DNA of 64,000 bases, from positions 2,491 through 66,490 of the forward strand of contig JAOAET010000044.1 of NCBI GenBank assembly GCA_026416665.1. Direction: 5' to 3'. Made by a program: the position numbers and the translations under genes. Positions within the stretch are counted from its first letter, which is position 1, and every line of letters starts with the position of its first letter. This document shows positions 10,302 through 21,600 of this stretch, piece by piece. The DNA comes from Candidatus Omnitrophota bacterium. GTDB lineage: Bacteria; Omnitrophota; Gorgyraeia; Gygaellales; Profunditerraquicolaceae. The notes beneath the pieces are model-generated. The model worked only from the letters and a program-made list of their open reading frames with translations. It did no database searches and had not been told where the DNA came from.

Positions 10302-11077
10302 TTTTTCACCTTCACTTTCATTGCTCGAATTACTATATCCGAGAAAGAATCTACTTTTAGGCTTGCTCCTCCTACTAAAGCCCCGTCTACATCTGGCTGT
10401 TGCATAATCTCTTCAATATTATCAGGTTTTACACTACCACCATATTGAATGCGTATATTATTGGCTATTTCCTTATTAAACATCTCTGTCAACAGCTTAC
10501 GAATAAACTGATGTGCTTCTTGGGCCTGCTGACTGGTAGCATTCTTACCTGTTCCAATTGCCCATACTGGTTCATAAGCAATGACGATGTCAGAAACCTC
10601 TTGAGCTGTTAACCCAGTTAAACCATTTTGGATATGGTCTTTTAAAACCTCGAAGGTCTTTTCTTCTTGTCGTTCCTTAAGTGTCTCGCCCACGCACATA
10701 ATAGGAATCAAACCGTTTTGTAACGCTGCTTTTACTTTTTTATTGACGGTCTGGTTTGTTTCTCCAAAATATTGTCTTCGCTCAGAATGACCAATAATTA
10801 CGTATTTGCAACCTACATCTTTAAGCATTAGTGGTGATACTTCCCCAGTAAAGGCACCTTCTTGCTGCCAGAAGACATCTTGTGCACCTAACTGCATTGG
10901 TGAACCGCTAATTACCTCATTTACTTCGGAAAGAGCAGTAAACACAGGACACAATACAATGTCAATAGCCTCTGCATCAAGGTCATAAAACGCCCGTTTT
11001 AACCCATTGGCTAACTCAATTGCCTGACTAATGGTTTTATACATCTTCCAGTTTCCAGCAATAATTGGCTTTCTCAT
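10298..11077 (-). CDS. tpiA: Triosephosphate isomerase
   Basis: 259-aa ORF with an IIAGNWKM N-terminus and the GHSERR and IAYEPVWAIGTG TIM signatures. Confidence 0.9.
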   Translation of the reverse strand: MRKPIIAGNWKMYKTISQAIELANGLKRAFYDLDAEAIDIVLCPVFTALSEVNEVISGSPMQLGAQDVFWQQEGAFTGEVSPLMLKDVGCKYVIIGHSERRQYFGETNQTVNKKVKAALQNGLIPIMCVGETLKERQEEKTFEVLKDHIQNGLTGLTAQEVSDIVIAYEPVWAIGTGKNATSQQAQEAHQFIRKLLTEMFNKEIANNIRIQYGGSVKPDNIEEIMQQPDVDGALVGGASLKVDSFSDIVIRAMKVKVKK

Positions 11078-11151
11078 ATCTGTCTTGTCCTGTTGAAAAA
11101 CCTCTTCAAATTATCCATAATTGCATATGTCTGGCAAAACATTACCTAATT

Positions 11152-12333
11152 TTATTTATCACTTAAAGCAGCAATACCTGGTAAAACTTTTCCTTCCAAA
11201 AATTCTAAACTTGCCCCTCCACCAGTTGAAATATGCGTCATTTTATCTTGTAACTTAAACTTAGCCACTGCAGCTGCTGAATCACCACCACCTATAATGG
11301 TGGTTGCCTTCAAATTCGCCAGACACTTGCAGATTGCCTCAGTCCCTTTGGCAAAAGGCTCCATCTCAAATACTCCCATTGGTCCGTTCCAGACCACTGT
11401 CTTGGCGTTCTTTAACTTAGATTCAAACAAGGCAATAGTCTTAGGTCCTATATCCACGGCAATCTTACCCTCAGGAACCTCTGGGCCAACTATGGCGGTG
11501 TTGGCATTAGCGTCAATGGTATCTACCACTACGTGGTCACAAGGCAAAACTATTTCTTTTTTTAGTTGTCTTGCCTTCTCAAGTATAGAGTTTGCTGTCT
11601 CAATTTTATCTTTTTCTAGTTTGGAGTTTCCTACTCCTATGCCTTGTGCCTTCAGAAAGGTGTAAGCCATACCACCACCAATCAGAATAGTATCGCACTT
11701 CGGCAAAAGATTCTCTATTACCGCAATTTTATCAGAGACCTTTGCTCCACCTAAAATCACAATAAACGGACGTGCAGGATTAGCCACTGCCTCACCTAAG
11801 TACTTAATCTCTTTCTCTAAGAGAAAACCTGCTGCTGAGGGTAAATATTTATTTACTCCTGCAGTGGATGCATGGGCACGATGTGCTGTTCCAAAGGCGT
11901 CGTTTACGAAAACATCACCTAAAGAAGCAAGTTCTTTAGCGAATGCCGGATCATTTGCCTCTTCTTCGGCATGAAAACGTAGATTCTCCAGCAAAACCAC
12001 TTTACTGTTTGCTTTCTGAACAGCCTCTTTGAGACCCGGGCCAACACAATCATTCATTAAATCTACTGGTTCTCCCAATAATTCGGCAAGTTTTACTGCT
12101 ACTGGCTTTAAACTATACTTATCTACGCGCTTGCCATCAGGTCTTCCTAAGTGGCTCATCAAAACAAGTTTCTTTGCCCCTTGTTCTAGAATGTATTTGA
12201 TAGTAGGAAGCGTCTCTCTTATACGAGTATCGTCAGTAACTTGAAGATTTGCATCAAGTGGCACATTAAAGTCCGCACGCATCAAAACAATTTTGTCTTT
12301 AAGTTTAAGGTCACGAACAGTTAGTTTTGCCAT
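11152..12333 (-). CDS. pgk: Phosphoglycerate kinase
   Basis: 393-aa ORF with RADFNVP, LGRPDG and GGGASLE PGK motifs. It heads a pgk-tpiA-secG arrangement. Confidence 0.9.
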   Translation of the reverse strand: MAKLTVRDLKLKDKIVLMRADFNVPLDANLQVTDDTRIRETLPTIKYILEQGAKKLVLMSHLGRPDGKRVDKYSLKPVAVKLAELLGEPVDLMNDCVGPGLKEAVQKANSKVVLLENLRFHAEEEANDPAFAKELASLGDVFVNDAFGTAHRAHASTAGVNKYLPSAAGFLLEKEIKYLGEAVANPARPFIVILGGAKVSDKIAVIENLLPKCDTILIGGGMAYTFLKAQGIGVGNSKLEKDKIETANSILEKARQLKKEIVLPCDHVVVDTIDANANTAIVGPEVPEGKIAVDIGPKTIALFESKLKNAKTVVWNGPMGVFEMEPFAKGTEAICKCLANLKATTIIGGGDSAAAVAKFKLQDKMTHISTGGGASLEFLEGKVLPGIAALSDK

Positions 12334-12601
12334 ATTTGCCCCCCTTTGCCTATAATCTTTTTAAGAGAAAATAATATATACTATTTTATTGAAGTTGTCA
12401 AAGATTTTCCTATCATACGCATAAAACTAAATTCCCACAAACAATCTCGTTATTAAACTTAATTCTATTTTCACCAAGAAAAATAATGGCAAAAATTGTG
12501 GAGATTTATTTAACTTATTCTTATGGGTGATTAACTTAAGAGAGAAATTAGCTTACCTAACTACAAGAGATTTTTTGCTAGTGATTAATAACCATATAAA
12601 A

Positions 12602-15600
12602 TTACTGTCTTATATCCCAGTTAACATTGCCGCCCAAATCTTGGGAACGAATGGCAATGATGGTTTTGCCGTCTGCCTGGTGGGAATAGCCAATTTTTAA
12701 ATAAGAAAGGGTTGTTTGCGGAGCACTCAGATACCACATCATTTCAGGAACAATTGGTGCAAGTTCAATAAGCCGACCTGCTGAACCTGACACATTAAAA
12801 CCTGTAGTTATTGTATGCGGTGCAGACGCAGAAGCAGCGGAAAAAGATAATTTCTTTACCCCAGGACCAGCGTTTAAGTAGGCAGTAACCAGACGGTCAA
12901 CAAATGCCACTCCACCTTCATAGGTGTTAGTAATAGTCAAGATATTAAAACTGCTTCCTCCTGACCTTACTGTCTGGGTTTGAGTACTGGAATTAAGAAT
13001 TACCTTGCCTGTACCAGGATCAAACAAACCACCAAGATTAGTCCAGTTCCCTGAGACAGTAAGAGTATAAGAACCAGCACGAAGTATAGCATTTTCTTCA
13101 ATAATCAAATTCCCTGCGATAAAGGTATTACCACTTAACCAATAATTTGCCTGATACCTATTTGAGATGGTTAAATTTGTATAATTGGTTGAGGCAAGAT
13201 AAATATTAATGGTTGCAGTCTGATTAACTAAAGTTCCAGTTATTACGATTTGAATTACCGGCCCGACTTGCGAGCCAGCAAGCACACGAATTTGTTCTAC
13301 TGCACTGACGGTAAAATCGCCTTTACCCAACTGACCATTAGCGTTATTACCGCAATTAAATACTGGTCGTGCCTGACTTAAGGCAACAGTCTGTGCACCA
13401 CCTGCTGCTATAGCCACAATATCGTGAAGATAAGTTTCACTTCCTTGTTCTCCTGCCAAAACTTTGACTGGGGTATATCTATTTATGGTGGTTCCATCAC
13501 CAAGTTGACCCCAAGGTTCATTGTTAGGACCTTGGTTTTGCCCCCAACTATAAACATAACCACCGTCAGCAATTGCTAAACTGTGTGCACCACCTGCTGC
13601 TATATCAGTAACATTTCTTAAATAAGTACCTCCTTGTACTCCTGCCAAGACTCGAACAGCAGTTAAACGCGTAAAAGTAGTCCCGTCCCCTAACTGACCA
13701 TAGTTATTATATCCCCAGCTAAAAACATAACCGTCTGAAGAAAGTGCTAAACTGTGTGAATCGCCTGCAGAGATTCGTGTTATATTATGTAAGTAAGTAC
13801 CTGCTCCTTGTTCACCAGAAAGCACTCTGACCGCTGTTGCACTATTTATAGTTGATCCATTTCCTAACTGTCCGTCTTCATTAAATCCCCAAGCATAAAC
13901 ATAACCATCAGTTGTAAGCGCAAGCATATGCGCACCACCTACAGCAACTGTTGCTATATCGTGTAGATATGTGCCACCTCCTTGTTCACCAGAAAGAACT
14001 TGCACAGGATAATAACTATCTTGGGTTGTTCCATTACCTAACTCTCCTTCACCGTTGTAACCCCAGGTATAAACGAAACCTGTTGAGGATACAGCTGCAC
14101 TATTAAAACCACCGGCTGCTATCTTTGAGATATTACTAAGCACCCCCTCGTTATTTAATCCATGCACCTGAACTGGGGTTGCACTATTTTCCGTTGAGCC
14201 GTTACCTAACTGACCAAACTCATTATATCCCCAAGCAAATACTGTTCCATCTTCTGCCAAGGCGATACTGTGATAACCACCTGCTGCTATGCGAATAATA
14301 TTATGTAAATAGGTTCCTCCTCCCTGCTCACCCGAAAGTACCTGCACAGGTCTTGAGGCATCATCAGTTGTGTTATCCCCTAATTGACCAAAGAAATTGC
14401 ATCCCCAAGCAAAGACATAACCGTCTTGGGTTAACGCAATAGTGTGATCATAACCTGAAGCAATTGCTCGGATATTAACCAGATAACTCTTCCATACCAA
14501 ATTCCAAGTAGTAGCATTTCCTGCCTGCAAGGTGTGATTAAATTTTACTTCTAGTGTTCCATTTACATTTATCGTATTTGTTCCTGTCTTGGTAGTTGTA
14601 GCTACTGTTGAACCATCACCAAAGGTAAGATTAAAAAAGTTCCAGGCATTAGATGAACCGCCAAAGTTACCTGTACCTTGTACAGTAAATGTGCCACCGG
14701 TTACATTGATAATCCCTACGCCAGAGCTGGTGACACTGCCTCCTTTTACGGTGATGTTGTAATCGCTAGCAAGAGTACCTACATCAACCTGTAAGACATT
14801 ATTAATCACTACTGGCCCAGCAAATGTCTTTGTTCCCGTAGCATTAATAATTACCTTATAAAAATCACGACCATTACCCGTTCCACCAGTATCAACGGTT
14901 GCTGAACTACCGCTAAAAATCACTGTACTTGTTCCGCAATTGAAAGTAGCTTTGTTTAACCAATCACCACTTACTGTTAAGGTATTATTTGTCAAAGTAA
15001 GCGCACCAGCTAAAATAGATACACTTCCTTCAAAATTAACTGTACCACTAAAAGTCAAAGTACCTGTGCCTAACTTATCCAAACTTCCTGCTCCACCGCC
15101 ACCAGTATCAGTAAAAGTATTTGAAATAATCGTGTTTCCTGTTCCATCAACAGTTAAACGATATCCACCATTGTTTATGGTTCCAGAAAGACTAAGCTGT
15201 GCCCCTTTTACTTCAATAGTGCTTGTTCCTGTCATAGTAATAGCACCAGCAAAACTACTTGTGCCCGTGCTACAAATAAGCTTACTGTCTGCAGCTAAAA
15301 TAAGCGGCTCAGTGGTAGAATAACTAACATTACGAAAATCAATGGTTGCATTATTTACCGTGGTATTACCAGCATTTGTGCCAAGGGCGTTATTTACCGT
15401 TACTGCTAATGTGCCTCCATTAATTACATTTGCTCCTGTATAAGTATTATTGCCACTTAATACTAAAGTCCCTAAACCTGCCTTAGTAATACCAAAACCA
15501 GTGCCACTAATCACTACGCTAATAGTTAAGTCATCATTTGCACTGCCGTCTTCAACAGTTATAACTCGCGATGCACCCAAAGCAATACTTCCACTACTAG

Positions 15601-18600
15601 AAGTGGTTATTGTAGAACCCACTGCCCCCAGACCATTGACAAACAAATTAATGCTACCTGCACCTGTAGAAAGAAGTGTCAAGGTGCCTGCTCCCAAAAC
15701 AACATCCGCAGCGTTAGTGCTTCCGCTATAGAGATTTAAAGTAGTAATAGTCAAAGCAACATTCCCTAAGGTAAAAGTAGCGTTCGGTGCAACTGTAATT
15801 ACACTGGTGTTGGCAATAGCATTGGCAAGGTTTATGGTTAAGCCACCTTCGTTAATAGTAGTAACTGCTGTGTAACTTTTAACTGCTCCGTAGTAACTGG
15901 CAGCACTTGTTGGAAATTCTACTGTACCTGAACCACTAATAGTTAAACCACCTGAACCAGCAATAGCTGGAGATATATAAAATGAACCTATAGCAAAAAT
16001 AATTCCTTCGGCATAACCAAATTGTAAAATACGAGAAGTGCTTGAAGCAGTGGCTCCAATATTACCTGTAGAAACTCGACCAACTGCACCTGAAGTAACC
16101 GTTAATGTACAGTTTGCACTGTAACTTAAGTCTGCACCGTTAATTAAAATAGAGTTAATCGTTACACTACTTGCGGCATTAGTAGCAGAAGTAATTCTTA
16201 CATTTGTGCCTGCGGTCAAGGTGTTTTGAGTATATTCTGTAGCAAGGTCAAGTAGACGAATTCCATTACTGTTAGGCCCATTATCTGTTATATTTATGTT
16301 ATAAGTGACAAATCCTGTACCTAAACCACTTACAGAATTATCTCCAAAGGCATAAGGAACAATCGGCTTGTTCGTCGCAGAGGTATTTGCACCGACCAAA
16401 TATAAACCTGAGGGATCAACAAAAATAATATTGGTGTTTCCTGCTGCAGGGTTGCTACCTATATTATTACCTCTAAACAACACAGTAGCTCCTGTATCTC
16501 TTGTAATCGCACCAAAAGTAAGAACAGTTGAACCACCTGTTCCTGAAAAGACCGTTACCTTAGAAGCTCCTTGTGCGACTTCCAGCATTCCAATAGTTTC
16601 CGCGGCATTGGTAGCAGATACATTGGTTCCCTTGAACACAAATTCTCCACCTCTTAGAATAATAGAACTACTGTTGCCAATACGGTTGGTGTTGTTGGCA
16701 GCGCTATTGTCAACAATTACACTACCACTAGAATTTATAACAAAAGACACACAATTAAGGGCAGTGCCATTACTTCCGGATAAAGTAAGTGTTCCTCTGT
16801 TAATAGTGGTAGTGCCCAAATAGCTATTAACACCAGTTAAAGTAAGCGAACCGGCGTTTACCGTAAGGTCTGCCACAAAAGAATTGTTACCTCCAAGAAG
16901 AAGCGAGCCATCACCATCTTTTATTAAAGAACCTTCACCAGTAATAATTCCGTTATAAGTAAGGGTAGTTCCTGTATCGGTGTATATGGTTCCTGTTCCT
17001 GATAAAAAAATTCCCCGATTAGCGTTTAAGGTAAAAGAAGAACTTGTTCTTAGTGTTCCAGCAAAAAGATTAAGGTAACTGTCACCTGTACCTGCTCCTA
17101 GTGCTTGGTCTTCAGATATTCTAATAATTGCCTCAGTTATTCTAATACCACCAGTAAAGTTATTTGTAGAGTTGCTTAAGGTGACTAATCCTGCACCTGC
17201 TACTGTTAATCCACCACTTCCTGTTATCTGACTTGAAATATTAAGGTTTCCTAAGGCGTAGATAACCGCAGAACTTGTCCCAAATGCCAGAACTGTAGAG
17301 GCATTTATTCCTGCATTTCCTTCTAGGGCTAAGACATTTCCGCTGGTAATTGTTAAGGTATAGGAAGAATTAGCTATAGCTGCTGAGGAAGTAAGAATAA
17401 GAGAATTGATAGTGATATTGGCAACCGGTGCAACTGCAGAGGTAAGCTTTACATTAGCATTAGGAACAGATAGACTTGTAGCATACTCGTTGCTATAGCC
17501 GCCGCTGTTTAACAGTCGCAAACCAAAAGGATTGTCATCAAAATTATAAGTTACCATATCCGTAGCAGCAGAGGACAAAGAATCGCTACCAAAGGCACCT
17601 TTAATGATACTTACAGTTGGTGTCCCTGCAGCGCCACCTGCGCCACTTAAAACAGGTGCATTAGTAAACATAATGGTAGCCACATTCGCCCCTGAAGCAC
17701 TACCTAAGTTTTTACCACGAAAAACCACTATTGCGCCTTCGGTGCGTGCTAAAGAGGCAAAGGTAATTACTGTTGCTCCTTTTGTAGAATCCCTGACGTT
17801 CACATAGTTAAGCCCAGACTGAATCTGAAGCGGTCCAACGGTTTCAAAAACAGCAGAGGTATTTGAACCAATAAGTGTGAAACTACCTCCATACATCTTA
17901 ATAGTGGCAGTATCGGCAATACGGTTTAAGTTACTGGCTGAACTATTATCAAGAATTAATGTCGCCTCATCATGGATGGTAAAAGAAGTAGAATCAAGTG
18001 CTGAGCCATTTGCTGCACTAAAAACTAAAGTGCCTTGTTTGACAGTTGTTTCACCAGAATAAGTATTTACACCCTGCAATATTAGAGTGCCTTGACCGTG
18101 TTTTTCTAGAGAATTTGCTCCCGCAATAACACCGGCGTAAGTTAAAGTAGTACCTGGCTCTACATAAATAGCACCTGTTTTTGATAGCAAAATTCCTCGG
18201 TTTGCATTTAAAGTAAAATCTGATAGAGTTCTCAGTGAACCACCATTTAAAATAAGGTGACTTGGCGTTGGTGTTACCGGAGCTGTCCCTAAACCGCTAT
18301 CTGCCTTAATCTTTAAGGCCCCTTCATTTATTATGGTTGTTCCGGTGTAAGTGTTGACAGCAGTAAAAAACCAAGTGCCAGAACCATTTTTTACTACACT
18401 GGTTACTCCTGTTCCATTATCAGTAATAACCGGGCTAAACACACCAGAACCTGTTCCCGTAAATATTAAGGTTCTAGATACGTTTGTACCACTTAAATTA
18501 ATGGAAGTTCCTGTGAAAGTAAGAGTTCCTTCTCCTGAAACATCTAGGGTAGTTCCAGAAGTTCCGACAGTAAAAAGTCTATCCGTAGAGGTGGACGGAC

Positions 18601-21600
18601 CAGTATATTTAAATGTTCCTGCATTTAATACAAGGTTAGTTGCAGCGTTAGAAGAGGCACCAATACTACTTGCAACTCCACCATTACGTAATATTGTAGT
18701 AACCATTGTACCCTCATTAACAGTTGTAACACCAGTGTAGGTATTAGCTGCATCCAGTGTCCATATTCCTATCCCATTTTTTGTAATGGAACCCGTAGTA
18801 ATAGCAATTACTCCACTTCTAAAGATTCCTTCTCCTGAACCATCTAGAATCAAGTTGTAAGTAGAACCAGTGACACCTCCAGTAAAAATAATCGGACCAG
18901 TTCCATCTGCGACAATAGTAACCCCTGAACCAGTCAAAGTGATACTACGATCAGTAGTTCCACCTGTTCCGATGTATCTAAGCACAGTTGAAGCAGCCAT
19001 ACTAATTGCAGAGGTGCCAGTTCCTAAAGAACTGGCTGAACCTGTGTTAGCCAAACTGTTTACCACTACCGTGCCTGCGTTAATAGTTACAGCACCAGTA
19101 AAAGTATTTAATCCCGTCAAAGTTAAGGTCCCATTTCCTGCTTTTGTAAGTCCACCTGCTCCACTAATTACTGCAGAAATTGTCAAACCGTCTGTAGAGT
19201 TAGTCAAAGTAAATGTCCTGGTTGCAGCCATAATGAGATTGCCACTAATCAAAGCATTGCTACTGCCACCAGTAGATGTAACATTTCCGTTTAATTGTAA
19301 ACTTCCTTGCCCTGTGGCCACTACTCCACCACCATTTGGACCGCTATTGATAGCCAGAGAAGTAACTGTCAAAGTAGCGCCATTACCACTGCAACGAACA
19401 ATGCCTCCATCATTTACGGTAAGCGCACCAATAGTATCTGAGAAACTGTTCCAGTCAAATACTGCACCGTTATTTACCGTCACATTTCCAGAAGACAATG
19501 TATCTGTTATGCCGTAAAGCAGTTTACCTGCATTTATTGCGGTAAGTCCAGTATAAGTATTTGCTTTGGAAAGTAACAAGGTTCCTGTGCCTTCTTTGGT
19601 AACACCATAACCTGTTCCACTTATTACTACCGCAATGGTTAAATCGTTTTCTGCTAATCCATCGGCAACAGTTACTGTTCTTGAAGCACTAAGGGCTATA
19701 CTACCAGTGCTTGCTGTGTAAATTGTTGAACCTACTGCCCCAGTCCCATTTAAGTTTACAGTTATATTCCCACCAAGGGTTAAAGCATTAATACCCAAAA
19801 CTACCTGAGCACCTGCAGTATTGCCACTATACAGATTTAGGGAAGCAATTGTCAAGGATACATCGCCTTTAGTAAAAGTAGCAGGAGCTGCAACGGTGAT
19901 AACGCTAGAGGTAGCAATACCACTGGCAAGGTTAACAGTTAATCCGCCTTCATTTATCGTAGTCGTTCCAGTGTAGGTCTTGGCAGCAGCATTAGAAGAA
20001 GGAAAAGTAACTGTGCCTCCTCCACTGATAGTAATTCCAGCTGTGCCAGAGATAACTGGAGCAAAATTAAATGACCCAATTGCCCAGATTACGCCTTCAA
20101 CATTACCAAACGCTAGAATACGGGAGGTAGCAGTAGAGCTTGCAATATCACCATTAGAAACTCTGGCAACCGCACCTGAGGAAACAGTTAAAGTACGAGT
20201 ATTGGTATTAAAAGTCAGTGTATTTCCGTCTATGAGCAGCGAGTTGATTGTAGCGTTCGTAGTAAAATTGGTAGCAACAGTAATCCGTACATTAGTGTTC
20301 GTAGTAAAAGCATTCTGGGTGTATTCAGTAGTTAGGTTCAGCGGTCTGATTCCATTGGTATTACCATTAGTGTCCACATTGTGGGTGACAAAACTTATTC
20401 CCGTGCCTGTGGCAGAGGTATCACCAAAAGCATAAGGGATGATGTTAATACTAGTAGTTCCGGCAGCGCCTCCTGCGCCCGTAAGGTTTAAACCTGCGGC
20501 ATTAGTGAAACGGATATTTGTGTTGCCTGCTTGAGGGTTTGCTCCAAGATTGGTTCCGCGAAAAAGCACAGTGGCTCCTGCGCTTCGGGAAGCGCCCGCA
20601 AAAGTGAGAATGGTTTGTCCACCTGTGCCAGAGAAAACCGTTACTTTGGACGCTCCAGAAGGAAGAGTTAACATACCCACTATCTCAGTGGCATTAGTAG
20701 AAGGCGTGTTTGTTCCGCGAAAGATAAGTTCTCCACCACTAAGAGTAAAGGCGTTAGAATCACTTAAACGGTTTGTGTTGTTAGTGCCACTGGTTGAGTT
20801 ATCTAAGTTCAGGATAGCACCTTGATTAACAATAAAAGTTGCACTGGTCATTGTGCCATTGGCACCGCTTAAAGTAAATATTCCCCCGTTTAAGGTAACG
20901 GTAGAAGAATTAGTGTTTACCCCCTGCAAAACAATTTCTCCGCCACCACGCTTCTCTAAAGGATTTGCACCTGCAATTACACCTGCATAAGTAAGCACAG
21001 TTGAACTGGTAACATCGATAATTCCACCACCAGAGGAAAGTGCAATACCACGGTTGGCATTAAGGGTAAAACTTGCAGTAGTTAAAAGTGTTCCTCCACC
21101 AAAAGTAAGATGGCCTGGAGTAGCTGAAGCAGGAGGTTGTCCTAAAGCTGAATCAGCCCAGATACGTAATGTCCCTGAATTAATAGTGGTTGCTCCCTGA
21201 TAGGTGTTTGTTGCACCTAAAACTAAAGTCCCCTGACCTTGCTTAATAAGTCCTCTGCCTGCACTGCCACTTATCACGCCACTTATGGTCAATGTCTCGT
21301 TACTATTAGTTACTGTAACTGTCCTTGTTTCTGATAAAGTAATATTTAAACTTATGGTATTTGTTCCACCACTTATATTAGTGGTAATTCCTCCTGCACC
21401 AAGAGTAATTGGATTTCCTGCCAGAGTATAACCGCTTCCAGTAATAGTAATAGAATTAAAACTTGTGTTTGCAGTCAAATCATTATAGGTATTTAATCTA
21501 GAAACCCCTGAAGGAAAAACAAGGTCATCTCCTGCGCCAGGAGTTGCACCACCTAATCCTGTCCAGTTTCCCGCAACTGACCAAAATTCACTGATTGCAC

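Noticed and set aside
14940-20825. Numerous plus-strand ORFs of 90-215 aa inside tpsA (e.g. 18870-19517, 16368-16823, 19980-20435) encoding Pro/Val-rich peptides
   Set aside because: They are antisense to the Thr/Gly/Ala/Asn-rich tpsA reading frame, whose codon composition suppresses stops on the opposite strand. They have no start context or motifs, and tpsA is one uninterrupted frame with clear domains.
15386-21568. CRISPR array or other non-coding tandem repeat suggested by the repetitiveness of this region
   Set aside because: The repeats are long, diverged and in-frame protein modules (PATR units), not short identical direct repeats with unique spacers. No cas genes are present.
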